From NCBI GenBank assembly GCA_963681965.1, contig OY820579.1, positions 2,208,001-2,272,000 on the forward strand: a stretch of DNA of 64,000 nucleotides, written 5' to 3'. Below are positions 40,546-50,437 of the stretch, piece after piece (positions within the stretch are counted from its first letter, which is position 1; every line of letters begins with the position of its first letter). Source of the DNA: a bacterium. Its GTDB lineage: Bacteria; Electryoneota; JAOADG01. A model generated the notes under the pieces. It was not told where the DNA came from and did not search any database. It was given only the letters and a program-made list of their open reading frames with translations. Made by a program: the position numbers and the translations under genes.

Positions 40546-41835
40546 ATGTGGGGAAGTTTACGGGAACGCGATCCGGAAATTTACGAGACGATCGTCAATG
40601 AACGGGGTCGGCAGGAAAACCGGCTGGAACTGATTGCATCGGAGAATTTCGTCAGTCGATCGGTGATGGAAGCAGTCGGTTCGGTTATGACCAATAAATA
40701 TGCCGAAGGGTATCCGGGAAAACGGTATTACGGCGGTTGCGAATTCGTCGACAAAGCCGAAGAATTGGCGCGCGAACGGGTCAAGAAACTATTCGGCGCG
40801 AAGTGGGCGAATGTTCAACCTCACAGTGGTTCGCAGGCGAATCAAGCCGTCTACAACACGTTAATGAAACCGGGTGAAACGTTCTTAGGGCTTTCGCTGG
40901 CACAGGGTGGTCACTTAACTCACGGTAGTCCGGTCAATCAATCCGGTCGTCTCTATAATTGCGTGAGCTACGGTCTCAATATCGAAACCGGACAGATCGA
41001 TTTCGATATGGTGCGTAAACTTGCTCATGAACACAAACCGAAGATGATCATGACCGGTGCGTCAGCCTATCCCCGCAAAATTGACTTTGAGAAGTTCCGG
41101 GAAATCGCTGACGAAGTCGGCGCCTATCTGGTTGCCGATATCGCCCATATCGCCGGTCTCGTCGCGACGAAACTGCACATGGATCCGTTGCCGCTTTGTC
41201 ATGTCGTCACCAGTACGACTCATAAGACCTTGCGTGGTCCGCGCGGTGGTTTGATCCTCTCCAGCTTCGAGGGTGGGGAGATTATACTTTCCGGAATGCC
41301 AAAACCGAAGACGCTGTTCGAAGCGCTTGATGCCGTCGTCTTCCCCGGTCTGCAAGGCGGTCCGTTGATGCATGTTATCGCCGGTAAAGCCGTGGCGTTT
41401 GCCGAAGCGCTGCAACCATCCTACTCTGCCTACATGAAGCAGGTCGTGTCCAATGCCAAGACGCTTGCCGAAGAACTGATGAAGCGCGGTTACAAACTGG
41501 TTTCCGACGGTACCGACAATCACTTGATGCTGATGGATTTGAGCAACAAGAATCTGACTGGCAAGAAAGCGGAAGCGGCATTGGAACACGCCGGGATCAC
41601 CACCAACAAGAACATGGTGCCGGGCGACAAACAATCGCCGTTTATCACTTCCGGTATCCGGATTGGTACTCCGGCAGCGACAACGCGTGGTTTCAAAGAA
41701 GTCGAAATGAAGATGATTGCCGAGTGGATCGACCGGGTTTTGAGAGCGCCGGAAGACGAGGCACTCGCCGAGAAGGTCGGTCACGAAATCAATGCACTTT
41801 GTGCGGCATTTCCGCTGTATGCGCCGGAAATGTAA
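40546..41835 (+). CDS. glyA: Serine hydroxymethyltransferase
   Basis: [48 protein letters not shown]. Confidence 0.98.
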   Translation: MWGSLRERDPEIYETIVNERGRQENRLELIASENFVSRSVMEAVGSVMTNKYAEGYPGKRYYGGCEFVDKAEELARERVKKLFGAKWANVQPHSGSQANQAVYNTLMKPGETFLGLSLAQGGHLTHGSPVNQSGRLYNCVSYGLNIETGQIDFDMVRKLAHEHKPKMIMTGASAYPRKIDFEKFREIADEVGAYLVADIAHIAGLVATKLHMDPLPLCHVVTSTTHKTLRGPRGGLILSSFEGGEIILSGMPKPKTLFEALDAVVFPGLQGGPLMHVIAGKAVAFAEALQPSYSAYMKQVVSNAKTLAEELMKRGYKLVSDGTDNHLMLMDLSNKNLTGKKAEAALEHAGITTNKNMVPGDKQSPFITSGIRIGTPAATTRGFKEVEMKMIAEWIDRVLRAPEDEALAEKVGHEINALCAAFPLYAPEM

Positions 41836-41841
41836 TACGAT

Positions 41842-42294
41842 ATGCGTTGTCCTAAATGTCAGACGCAGGAAGATCGAGTGGTCGATTCGCGCGTGACCCG
41901 CGAAGGGGCGGCGACCCGACGGCGCCGTGAATGCTTGGGTTGCGGGTTTCGATTTACTACTTACGAGTATATCGAACCGGAGGAGTTGCGCATTGTCAAG
42001 CGCGACAAAAGCGTCGAGAATTATTCGCGGGAGAAGCTGAAACACGGCATCCGGATTGCGTTTGCCAAGCGTCCCTTCAACAACGACGAAATCGACAAAT
42101 TGGTCGACCGTGTCGAAAGTTCGATCATCTCGCTCGGTCCCGATATTGAATCGCACAAGGTTGGGGAGTTGGTCATGCACGAACTTGCCTTGGTCGATGA
42201 AGTGGCGTATATCCGCTTTGCTTCGGTCTACAAGCGGTTCCACGTCACCGGCGATTTTCGTGAGGAATTGGATAAACTGAAACCATCCGATTGA
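41842..42294 (+). CDS. nrdR: Transcriptional repressor NrdR
   Basis: MRCPKC, VVDSR, RRRECLGCGFRFTTYE, ATP cone, VAYIRFASVY. Confidence 0.97.
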   Translation: MRCPKCQTQEDRVVDSRVTREGAATRRRRECLGCGFRFTTYEYIEPEELRIVKRDKSVENYSREKLKHGIRIAFAKRPFNNDEIDKLVDRVESSIISLGPDIESHKVGELVMHELALVDEVAYIRFASVYKRFHVTGDFREELDKLKPSD

Positions 42295-42318
42295 CGCTAT
42301 GAACTGTCGTACGATCTG

Positions 42319-42350
42319 AACGGGATGCCTCAACGCATCCCGTTTTTTTT
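42319..42350 (+). terminator. Rho-independent terminator after nrdR
   Basis: aacgggatgc/gcatcccgtt followed by a T run. Confidence 0.8.
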
Positions 42351-42353
42351 ATA

Positions 42354-42710
42354 GTAGGGGCGGGTCCCCGCGCCCGCCCGCATCTTTCATCTTTTTCTCT
42401 TTTCCCAACACCTACAACCCAATCCCCAACACCCATCTTGTCGATTTGTCGTTGCGAATGCGCCGTTCGGCGCATGTGGCAACCCACTCTTTTTTCTGTT
42501 TATCCTTTTTGGTTGGGGCGGTTCGCGAACCGCCCCAGCCATGATAACAATTTGGGTGTTAGCTCTATGTTGGAGGTGGGGCTTCAGCCCCGCCACATTG
42601 AAATCTATTTTGGAAATAAGAGTCGGAATAAATTCCGACCAACAGATATTTCAACCATCTTTACCAATCCCCAAACCCCCAATCCCCAACTCCTAACACC
42701 CAACCCCCGT
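42354..42710. repeat. REP-like hairpin mosaic 1 (nrdR-nuoA) with C-rich ~7-mer tracts
   Basis: gtaggggcgggtccccgcgcccgccc; ggggcggttcgcgaaccgcccc; ggaggtggggcttcagccccgcc; gtcggaataaattccgac. Confidence 0.8.
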
Positions 42711-42719
42711 ATTATTAGT

Positions 42720-42784
42720 TTGATAATGTTTTAACAAAATCGCGAATTATCTTCGCGAGGGTATTGTGAATACGATATTCTCAA
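42720..42784. promoter_or_regulatory. AT-rich nuo promoter region with three dyads, one Rex-like
   Basis: TTGATAA-tgtt-TTAACAA; TCGCGAA-ttatc-TTCGCGA; TTGTGAATA-cga-TATTCTCAA. Confidence 0.4.
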
Positions 42785-42875
42785 CTTATTTTCCGTATGA
42801 TTTATTTATGTCAAGTGAAATAAGGCGCAATTTAGCACCATCTACCGATCGTAACTGGGGGGTTGGTTCGGAAGT

Positions 42876-43232
42876 ATGCTGGTAAGCTTTTCACCGGTTG
42901 TTATTCAATTACTGGTCGCTGTCGGGTTTGCAGCGTTCGTGATTCTAGCGTCGTATTTGCTCGGACCGAAACGATTCGATACCACCAAACACGACACCTA
43001 CGAATGCGGCATCGACTACCACGGCAATGCCCGTAACCGCTTTGCCATCAAATTCTACCTCATCGCTGTCCTGTTCGTCCTATTCGATATCGAAGTCGTC
43101 TTTCTCTACCCGTGGGCAATCAATCTGCGCGTCTTAAACTGGTCTGGTTTCTGGCAGATGATGGTGTTTCTCGGTGTCTTAACCATTGGATTATTGTTTG
43201 CTTGGCGGAAAGGAGCCCTTGAATGGGAGTAG
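42876..43232 (+). CDS. nuoA: NADH-quinone oxidoreductase subunit A
   Basis: [25 protein letters not shown]. Confidence 0.97.
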   Translation: MLVSFSPVVIQLLVAVGFAAFVILASYLLGPKRFDTTKHDTYECGIDYHGNARNRFAIKFYLIAVLFVLFDIEVVFLYPWAINLRVLNWSGFWQMMVFLGVLTIGLLFAWRKGALEWE

Positions 43233-43747
43233 AACCCCCGTACGGCAAAGGCTTCTTCCTGACGACTCTGAGCGAGGCGATCGGCTGGTCGCGCAAATAT
43301 TCCCTTTGGCCGATGCCCTTCGCTACGGCGTGTTGCGGGATCGAATACATGGCGACGATGGCGTCGCGCTACGATATCTCCCGGTTCGGTGCCGAACGCC
43401 CCAGTTTCTCGCCGCGCCAAGCCGATCTAATGCTAGTTATCGGCACCATCAATTTGAAAATGGCACCGGTGCTGAAGCGCATCTACGATCAGATGGCGGA
43501 ACCGAAGTGGGTCATTGCGATGGGTGCATGCGCCTCGTGCGGTGGCATGTTTGAAGTGTACTCCGTGGTACAAGGGATGGATGAGTTGTTCCCGGTCGAT
43601 ATTTATATTCCCGGATGCCCGCCCCGTCCCGAAATGCTGCTGCAGGGCTTTATGCAACTGCAGGAGAAAGTCCAGAAGCAAGGTCTGTACGCCAAGTCGA
43701 CCAATCGACATCTCTTTCAACCCAAAGATAATTCCGATTCGAAGTAG
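43223..43747 (+). CDS. nuoB: NADH-quinone oxidoreductase subunit B
   Basis: [36 protein letters not shown]. Confidence 0.97.
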   Translation: MGVEPPYGKGFFLTTLSEAIGWSRKYSLWPMPFATACCGIEYMATMASRYDISRFGAERPSFSPRQADLMLVIGTINLKMAPVLKRIYDQMAEPKWVIAMGACASCGGMFEVYSVVQGMDELFPVDIYIPGCPPRPEMLLQGFMQLQEKVQKQGLYAKSTNRHLFQPKDNSDSK

Positions 43748-43755
43748 AGTACTGA

Positions 43756-44316
43756 ATGCAACCAGCGGCACCGTTAACCGAACGTAACCCCATCGTACTT
43801 GCCAAAATGCAGGAAGCATTCGGCGACGCGATTCGCGAGCAATACGAATCGAATGGGATGCTGGTGCTGGTGCTCGATGCTGCCAAGAATGTCGAAATCT
43901 GCACTTTCCTCCGCGATACCGAAGACCTTTCTTATAAGATGATGCTCGACCTTTGCGGCGTCGATTATCCGTCGCGTGCCGAGCGCTTCGAAGTGGTGAT
44001 GCATCTCCACGCGATGAAGTATCAGCACCGCATCCGATTGCGGTTCCCAATTCCCGGAAAAGATCCGGAGATCCGCACAGTAAGCAACATCTGGGTTGCG
44101 GCGAATTGGGCGGAACGCGAAGCATTCGATTTCTTCGGCATTAAATTTATCGGACATCCCGATTTACGACGAATATTGAATCCACACGATTTCGAAGGGC
44201 ATCCGTTGCGTAAGGATTTCCCGACGCGTGGATTGAAACGCGGTCGCTTCCCGTTGGGTGAAGTGATCAACAACAAGCGTGCCGAACTACCGGATTTTCC
44301 GGACGATTCTAAGTAG
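43756..44316 (+). CDS. nuoC: NADH-quinone oxidoreductase subunit C
   Basis: CGVDYP, ANWAEREAFDFFGI.F.GHPDLRRIL, GHPLRKDFP. Confidence 0.96.
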   Translation: MQPAAPLTERNPIVLAKMQEAFGDAIREQYESNGMLVLVLDAAKNVEICTFLRDTEDLSYKMMLDLCGVDYPSRAERFEVVMHLHAMKYQHRIRLRFPIPGKDPEIRTVSNIWVAANWAEREAFDFFGIKFIGHPDLRRILNPHDFEGHPLRKDFPTRGLKRGRFPLGEVINNKRAELPDFPDDSK

Positions 44317-44390
44317 GGGTGTGGCAACCGCGAAGCGCTCACCGAAGGTAATACGCTCGGAGGTGGGGCTTCAGCCCCGCCACATTTGAA

Positions 44391-44970
44391 ATCTTGATTT
44401 GTCGTTGCGAGGACTGCAGCGAAGGAACATGCGAAGCACTTCCGAAGCGGAAGGACGAAGCAATCTATCTTGTGATCTTTTTCAATCTTGTATCTTGATT
44501 TGTCGTTGCGAGGACTGCAGCGAAGGAACGTGCGAAGCACTTCCGAAGCGGAAGGACGAAGCAATCTATCTTTTGATCTTTTTCAATCTTGTATCTTGAT
44601 TTGTCGTTGCGAGGACTGCAGCGAAGGAACGTGCGAAGCACTTCCGAAGCGGAAGGACGAAGCAATCTATCTTTTGATCTTTTTCAATCTTGTATCTTGA
44701 TTTGTCGTTGCGAGGACTGCAGCGAAGGAACGTGCGAAGCACTTCCGAAGCGGAAGGACGAAGCAATCTATCTTTTGATCTTTTTCAATCTTGTATCTTG
44801 ATTTGTCGTTGCGAGGACTGCAGCGAAGGAACGTGCGCAGCACTTCCGAAGCGGAAGGACGAAGCAATCTATCTTTTGATCTTTTTCAATCTTGTATCTT
44901 GATTTGTCGTTGCGAGGACTGCAGCGAAGGAACGTGCGAAGCACTTCCGAAGTGGAAGGACGAAGCAATC
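44391..44970 (+). repeat. Tandem array, 6 copies, 101-bp period (last copy partial), followed by an inverted related copy to 45066
   Basis: gtcgttgcgaggactgcagcgaagg starts at 44401, 44502, 44603, 44704, 44805 and 44906. Confidence 0.95.
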
Positions 44971-45117
44971 TCCTCCTGAATATTGTATTCTTTAAAAGAG
45001 GAGATTGCTTCGTCACTTCTGGCGCACTAGGTCGCGCCCTGCGTTCCTCGCAATGACAAATCAGGAAGTATAAAAAAACGGGCGTATCTTTCCGCCCTAA
45101 TGAAATAAACGGAACTC

Positions 45118-46335
45118 ATGGCAGACATTCGACCTGAAATCGCCGATAAATATCTGGAGCCGACCGAGGAGCGGGATCGCTTTATCCTGAATCTCGGACC
45201 GTCGCATCCCGCGATGCACGGCATTCTCCAGAATATTGTCGAGTTGGATGGCGAGCGAATCGTCAAGACCTGGCCGGAAATCGGGTTCTGTCATCGCAGT
45301 TTCGAAAAACTTGCCGAAGTATACACTTACAACCAAGTCATCACGATCACCGACCGGATGAATTATGTTTCGTCTCCGGCAAATAACGTCGCGTGGACGC
45401 TCGCAGTCGAGAAGATGATGGGGATCGAAGTACCGAAGAAAGTCGCATATGTCCGCGTGATCTTCATGGAACTCTCCCGCATCATGGATCACCTTGTCTC
45501 GATGGGGGTGTTGGGTGTCGATCTTGGTGCCTATACCGGCTTCTTGTATTTCTTCGAGCAGCGCGAAAAAATCTATACAATCCTGGAGAACATGACCGGT
45601 GCGCGCCTCACTACCGCTTTCGGGCGGGTCGGTGGGTTGGAGCGCGACATCCCGGCATCGTTCAAAGCCGATGTCTACGAATTTCTGAACGGTTTCCCGA
45701 AAGTGCTGTCGGACTTCCACAAGCTGCTGACGCGCAACCGCATCTTCATGGATCGCACCCGCGGGGTCAGCAAGATCACGTCCGAGCGCGCGCTCGAGTA
45801 TGGCTTTACCGGTCCGAATCTCCGTGCCACCGGCTACGAATTCGATATCCGGAAAGTGTATCCATATTCGTGTTATGAAGAGTTCGATTTCGATATTCCG
45901 GTCGGTGCCGATGGCGATGTCTACGACCGTTATCTCGTACGGATGGAAGAGATTCAGCAGAGTTACAATATTGTCAAACAGGCGATCGATAATCTGCCCG
46001 AAGGACCGTATCGCGCCGATGCACCGAAAGTAGTGCTGCCGCTGAAGCGCGATGTCTATTCCAATATGGAAGCGATGATCACGCATTTCAAGATCATCAT
46101 GCACGGCATCGAGCCGCCAGTGGGCGAATTCTATTCCAGTATCGAAGCGCCGAACGGCGAACTGGGTGCGTACATCGTCAGCGATGGCGGACCGACACCG
46201 TACCGTGTCCATTGGCGACGTCCCTGTTTTTATTTTTACAATGCGATCGAAGAACTCATCACCGGTGGCTTGATTGCCGATGCGGTTGCCTGCATCAGCT
46301 CGATCAATGTCATTGCCGGCGAGTTGGATTGTTAA
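45118..46335 (+). CDS. nuoD: NADH-quinone oxidoreductase subunit D
   Basis: NLGPSHPAMHG, IGFCHRSFEK, DRMNYVS, GARL, EAPNGELG. Confidence 0.96.
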   Translation: MADIRPEIADKYLEPTEERDRFILNLGPSHPAMHGILQNIVELDGERIVKTWPEIGFCHRSFEKLAEVYTYNQVITITDRMNYVSSPANNVAWTLAVEKMMGIEVPKKVAYVRVIFMELSRIMDHLVSMGVLGVDLGAYTGFLYFFEQREKIYTILENMTGARLTTAFGRVGGLERDIPASFKADVYEFLNGFPKVLSDFHKLLTRNRIFMDRTRGVSKITSERALEYGFTGPNLRATGYEFDIRKVYPYSCYEEFDFDIPVGADGDVYDRYLVRMEEIQQSYNIVKQAIDNLPEGPYRADAPKVVLPLKRDVYSNMEAMITHFKIIMHGIEPPVGEFYSSIEAPNGELGAYIVSDGGPTPYRVHWRRPCFYFYNAIEELITGGLIADAVACISSINVIAGELDC

Positions 46336-46361
46336 CTGATTGATAGAGTGAACTAGTTATT

Positions 46362-46862
46362 ATGCCAGTAGCGTTATCCGAAGCCACACTTCAGAAGATT
46401 TCCGCCGAGCGGCAGAAGTACCCGGACAAGCTGTCCGTGTTGCTTCCGGCGTTGTGGTGGGCGCAGGATGAATGGCGCTGGTTCGATAACGAGCGGATGG
46501 ATTATCTCGCCGGTGTCTTGGACATTCCGAAGATTCGCGTGTACGAGGCGGTGTCGTTTTACACGATGTTCAATCGCAAACCGGTCGGAAAATATCATCT
46601 GCAGGTCTGTCACAATATTTCATGCAGTATTCTCGGTGCCGAACATATCATTGATTACCTGAAGCGGAAATTGCAGGTAATCGAAGGGGAAGTAACGCCG
46701 GACGGTTATTTTACGATCACGCGCGCCGAGTGCCTCGGTTCGTGCGGAACTGCGCCGATGTTGCAGATGAATGATCGCTATTACGAGAATTTAACCGAAG
46801 CACGGATCGATTTTCTGCTCAGTGAATTGAAGCAGGATCGCATCCCGAAAGTGTTGCCGTAA
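46362..46862 (+). CDS. nuoE: NADH-quinone oxidoreductase subunit E
   Basis: SFYTMF, VCHNISC, ECLGSCGTAP. Confidence 0.95.
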   Translation: MPVALSEATLQKISAERQKYPDKLSVLLPALWWAQDEWRWFDNERMDYLAGVLDIPKIRVYEAVSFYTMFNRKPVGKYHLQVCHNISCSILGAEHIIDYLKRKLQVIEGEVTPDGYFTITRAECLGSCGTAPMLQMNDRYYENLTEARIDFLLSELKQDRIPKVLP

Positions 46863-46871
46863 ACACATTTT

Positions 46872-47094
46872 GGTGGCGCAGGCCTCCGAGCCTGCGATCT
46901 TGTGTTCTTTTTGAATCCTGTATCCTGATTTGTCGTTGCGAGGAACGCAGCGAAGGATCGTCAGCCGTATGGCTGACAGCCGTAGCGAAGAGACGAAGCA
47001 ATCTATCTTTATGTAGGGTTCGTTCGGGAACGAATCGCGGGCGGTTCGCGAACCGCCCCTACCAAAAAATAATTTCGGCGTACACCATACGCCT
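46872..47094. repeat. REP-like hairpin mosaic (nuoE-nuoF)
   Basis: ggtggcgcaggcctccgagcctgcg; gtcgttgcgagg...gacgaagcaatc variant; gggcggttcgcgaaccgcccctac. Confidence 0.8.
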
Positions 47095-47110
47095 CAACGG
47101 ATGAAAATAC

Positions 47111-48418
47111 GTGATCGATTACGACTACAAACATCCTGAGAAGATCGTCTTCAAGAACCTCGATATCCCGGGGGCGCATACGATCGAGCAGTATCGCAAG
47201 CTGGGCGGCTACGAAGTCGCACGGCGCGTGCTTGCCGAAATGCAGCCGTCGCAGGTAGTCGATGAGGTGAAGAACTCGGGTCTGCGTGGTCGTGGCGGCG
47301 CCGGTTTCTCTTGCGGTATGAAATGGAGTTTCGTACCGAAAGACAATCCGAATCCGAAATACCTGATCTGCAACGGCGACGAATCCGAACCTGGTACTTT
47401 CAAGGATCGCGATATCTTGCGGTACGATCCGCATTCGATGCTCGAAGGGATGATGATCGGCTGTTTCGCGATCGGTTCGCATTCCGGTTATATCTACATC
47501 CGTGGCGAATTCGGTACTGAGGCGGAGATCGTTCGAGAAGCAATCAAAGAAGCGTATCGCGACGGTGTGCTTGGCGAGAATGCACTAGGTACCGGTTACA
47601 AACTCGATTTGCACGTCTATCGCGGTGCCGGTGCGTATATCTGCGGTGAAGAAACCGCATTGATCGAATCGCTTGAAGGGAAGCGCGGTCATCCGCGCAA
47701 CAAACCGCCATTCCCGGCGATCGTCGGATTCAATAAATCGCCGACCATCGTCAACAATGTCGAGACGTTGGCGACTGTTCCGTACATCATGAAACATGGC
47801 GCACTCGCGTATCGCAAATACGGTACCGAGAAATCGGCAGGCACGAAACTATTCTGCGTCAGTGGTCATGTGCAGAAGCCGGGCGTATACGAAGTGCCGA
47901 TGGGCATCAATTTCAAACGCTTTTTGTATGAGACTTGCGGTGGTCCGCTGCCCGGTCGCGAATTTAAGGCAGTCATTCCGGGCGGTAGTTCGGTACCAAT
48001 CATCACCAAAGCCGAAGCTGAATCCGATGAGTGCACGATGGACTATGAAGGATTCACCAAAGTCGGTACAATGCTTGGTTCCGGTGCTGTGATCGTGTAT
48101 GACAATACGGTTTGTATTGTAAGGGCGCTGGAAATTTTGGCACGGTTTTATTCACACGAATCCTGTGGACAGTGTACACCATGCCGTGAAGGTACCGGTT
48201 GGTTGAACCGGGTTTTGCATCGCATCGAAGCGGGGAATGGGCACCCCGACGAAATCGATTTGATTGTCGATATCGCAAACAACATCGATGGCGAAACGAT
48301 TTGTCCGCTCGGCGATGCGGCGGCGTGGCCGGTACAGAGCGCAGTCAAGCGGTTCCGCGAGGAATTCGAGTATCACATCACGCATCGCACCTGTTTACCT
48401 GGCACTGTGAAGTATTGA
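47111..48418 (+). CDS. nuoF: NADH-quinone oxidoreductase subunit F
   Basis: SGLRGRGGAGF, NGDESEPGTFKDR, GAGAYICGEETAL, ESCGQCTPCREG. Confidence 0.98.
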   Translation: MIDYDYKHPEKIVFKNLDIPGAHTIEQYRKLGGYEVARRVLAEMQPSQVVDEVKNSGLRGRGGAGFSCGMKWSFVPKDNPNPKYLICNGDESEPGTFKDRDILRYDPHSMLEGMMIGCFAIGSHSGYIYIRGEFGTEAEIVREAIKEAYRDGVLGENALGTGYKLDLHVYRGAGAYICGEETALIESLEGKRGHPRNKPPFPAIVGFNKSPTIVNNVETLATVPYIMKHGALAYRKYGTEKSAGTKLFCVSGHVQKPGVYEVPMGINFKRFLYETCGGPLPGREFKAVIPGGSSVPIITKAEAESDECTMDYEGFTKVGTMLGSGAVIVYDNTVCIVRALEILARFYSHESCGQCTPCREGTGWLNRVLHRIEAGNGHPDEIDLIVDIANNIDGETICPLGDAAAWPVQSAVKRFREEFEYHITHRTCLPGTVKY

Positions 48419-48431
48419 AAATATTCTTATG

Positions 48432-48870
48432 GTAGGGGCGGTTCGCGAACCGCCCGTGTCCAGATGAATATTGAGTGTGATCCTGTTGTAGAAGCGACCC
48501 ACTGCGGTCGCCCGATATTGAAATCTTTTTCTGTCATTGCGAGGAATTTGCTGTCAGGCGAATGAAGTGGCAATCTATCTTTTGATCTTTGTTAATCTTA
48601 TATCTTGATTTGTCGTTGCGAGGACTGCAGCGAAGGAACGTGCGCAGCACTTCCGAAGCGGAAGGACGAAGCAATCTATCTTGTGTTCTTTTCTTGTCAT
48701 TGCGAAGCAGGCGTAGCCTGCTGTGGCAATCTTCTCATTTCCGTAGGGGCGTATAGCATACGCCCTGAGCGGCAGGCAGCGCCTGACGCAGATCTTTAAA
48801 ATTGAAGTCAGGGGCGGTTCGCGAACCGCCCCTACCCAAGAAAACAAGGGCGTATGCCATACGCCCCTAC
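48432..48870. repeat. REP-like hairpin mosaic (nuoF-nuoG)
   Basis: About nine hairpin modules, including an inverted pair gtaggggcgtatagcatacgccc ... gggcgtatgccatacgcccctac. Confidence 0.85.
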
Positions 48871-48886
48871 GATAGAAAAAAGGCAC

Positions 48887-49714
48887 ATGGCAAAAGTCAC
48901 CATCGATGGACAGCAAATTGATGTAGCAGACGGAATCACGATCCTCTGGGCAGCACGCCAGTTGGGACGCGACATTCCGACGTTCTGTTACTATCCGTGG
49001 TTCCCCCCGCAGGGGAATTGTCGGATCTGTCAGGTCGAAGTGAAGGGGATGCCGAAACTCCAGATCTCGTGCAACATCCCGGTGCGTGATGGCATGGAGA
49101 TCTTCACCGACAACGAGCGGGTATTGCAGGCACGACGCGCAGTGATGGAATTCTTGTTGATCAATCACCCCCTCGATTGCCCGATTTGCGATCAAGCCGG
49201 TGAATGCGACTTGCAGGATCTCGCCTTCCGGCATGGTGCCGCCGTCGGACGCTTCCGCGAAGCGAAACGAACGTTCCCGAAAGTCGATTACGGAGTGAAA
49301 ATATCTCGCGAGATGAATCGCTGTATCCATTGCCGTCGCTGTGTGAAGCTTGCCGAAGATTATATGGGTGTGTCGGTGATTGGCGCATTGGAACGCGGCG
49401 ACCGTACCGAAATTGGTGCCTATATTGAAACGATCATCGACAGCCCGTATGCCGGTAACGTGATCGACATTTGTCCGGTCGGTGCGCTGACCGACAAGAA
49501 ATTCCGATTTACCGCACGGGTGTGGGATCTTGAAAATGTGAATGCGCATCGTCCCGATTGCGACAAGGGATGCAAGTGCAAATTGGGAATCTATCGCGGC
49601 AAGATTCATCGGGTCACGGCGCGATTCAATCAATACGGTGTGATGGATGCGATGATCTGCGACGAATGTCGGTACAATCATTTCGATTTATCCGATTGGG
49701 TACTTGAGTTGTAG
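48887..49714 (+). CDS. nuoG: Short NuoG (Fe-S part only)
   Basis: MAKVTIDG, GNCRICQVE, INHPLDCPICDQAGECDLQ, RCIHCRRC, GNVIDICPVGALT; 275 aa. Confidence 0.9.
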   Translation: MAKVTIDGQQIDVADGITILWAARQLGRDIPTFCYYPWFPPQGNCRICQVEVKGMPKLQISCNIPVRDGMEIFTDNERVLQARRAVMEFLLINHPLDCPICDQAGECDLQDLAFRHGAAVGRFREAKRTFPKVDYGVKISREMNRCIHCRRCVKLAEDYMGVSVIGALERGDRTEIGAYIETIIDSPYAGNVIDICPVGALTDKKFRFTARVWDLENVNAHRPDCDKGCKCKLGIYRGKIHRVTARFNQYGVMDAMICDECRYNHFDLSDWVLEL

Positions 49715-50414
49715 GTCGGAATTTATTCCGACATCATTTGATCTTTTTCATCTGTCATTGCGAAGCCCCGCAGGGGCTGTGGCAATCTATCATGTGATCT
49801 TTATTATTTTTGTATCCTGATTTGTCGTTGCGAGGACTGCAGCGAAGGAACGTGCGTAGCACTTCCGAAGCGGAAGGACGAAGCAATCTATCTTGTGATC
49901 TTTGTTATTTCATCTTGAAGTAGGGGCGGATCCCCGCATCCGCCCGTATCTTGTTCTTTTTTATCTTTTGATTTTTATTTCCGTAGGGGCGTATGGCATA
50001 CGCCCTAAGCGGCAGGTAGCACCTGACGCAGATCTTTATGTAAGACACGGGCGGTTCGCGAACCGCCCCTACCAAAAACAATTTGGGCGTTTGCCCTATG
50101 TTGGAGGTGGGGCTTCAGCCCCGCCACATTGAAATCTTTTTCTGTCATGCGAAGCCCCGCAGGGGCTGTGGCAATCTATCTTGTGATCTTTATTATTTTT
50201 GTATCCTGATTTGTCGTTGCGAGGACTGCAGCGAAGGAACGTGCGTAGCACTTCCGAAGCGGAAGGACGAAGCAATCTATCTTGTGATCTTTTCGTAGGT
50301 ACAGACACTCTTGTCTGTACACGTCTGCCGAAGTCAGACACAACAATATGGTCGACAGACAAAAGTGTCTGTCGCTACTGAAAAGACACGGGCAGTTCGC
50401 GAACCGCCCCTACC
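49711..50414. repeat. REP-like hairpin mosaic (nuoG-nuoH) containing a ~150-bp direct duplication
   Basis: 49751-49902 recurs at 50141-50292; more than ten hairpin modules. Confidence 0.88.
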
Positions 50415-50437
50415 AAAAAAAATAGGAAGAATAATTC

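Noticed and set aside
41062-42333. Long antisense ORFs (also 45097..46212, 48575..49681, 54530..55489)
   Set aside because: Shadow frames opposite well-conserved genes; no recognisable motifs
44391-44970. CRISPR array
   Set aside because: Inter-repeat segments are essentially identical (no unique spacers), the repeat core is about 67 bp, and there are no cas genes in the window
44399-45016. Series of 60-80 aa ORFs on both strands, and similar ones at 48605, 50083, 50199, 52421, 52480 and 61071
   Set aside because: These are translations of the repeat unit; the 101-bp period shifts frame, and there is no RBS or protein motif
48854-48886. N-terminal extension of NuoG given in the ORF track
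   Set aside because: The upstream ATG lies inside a REP hairpin; MAKVTIDG at 48887 is the typical NuoG start
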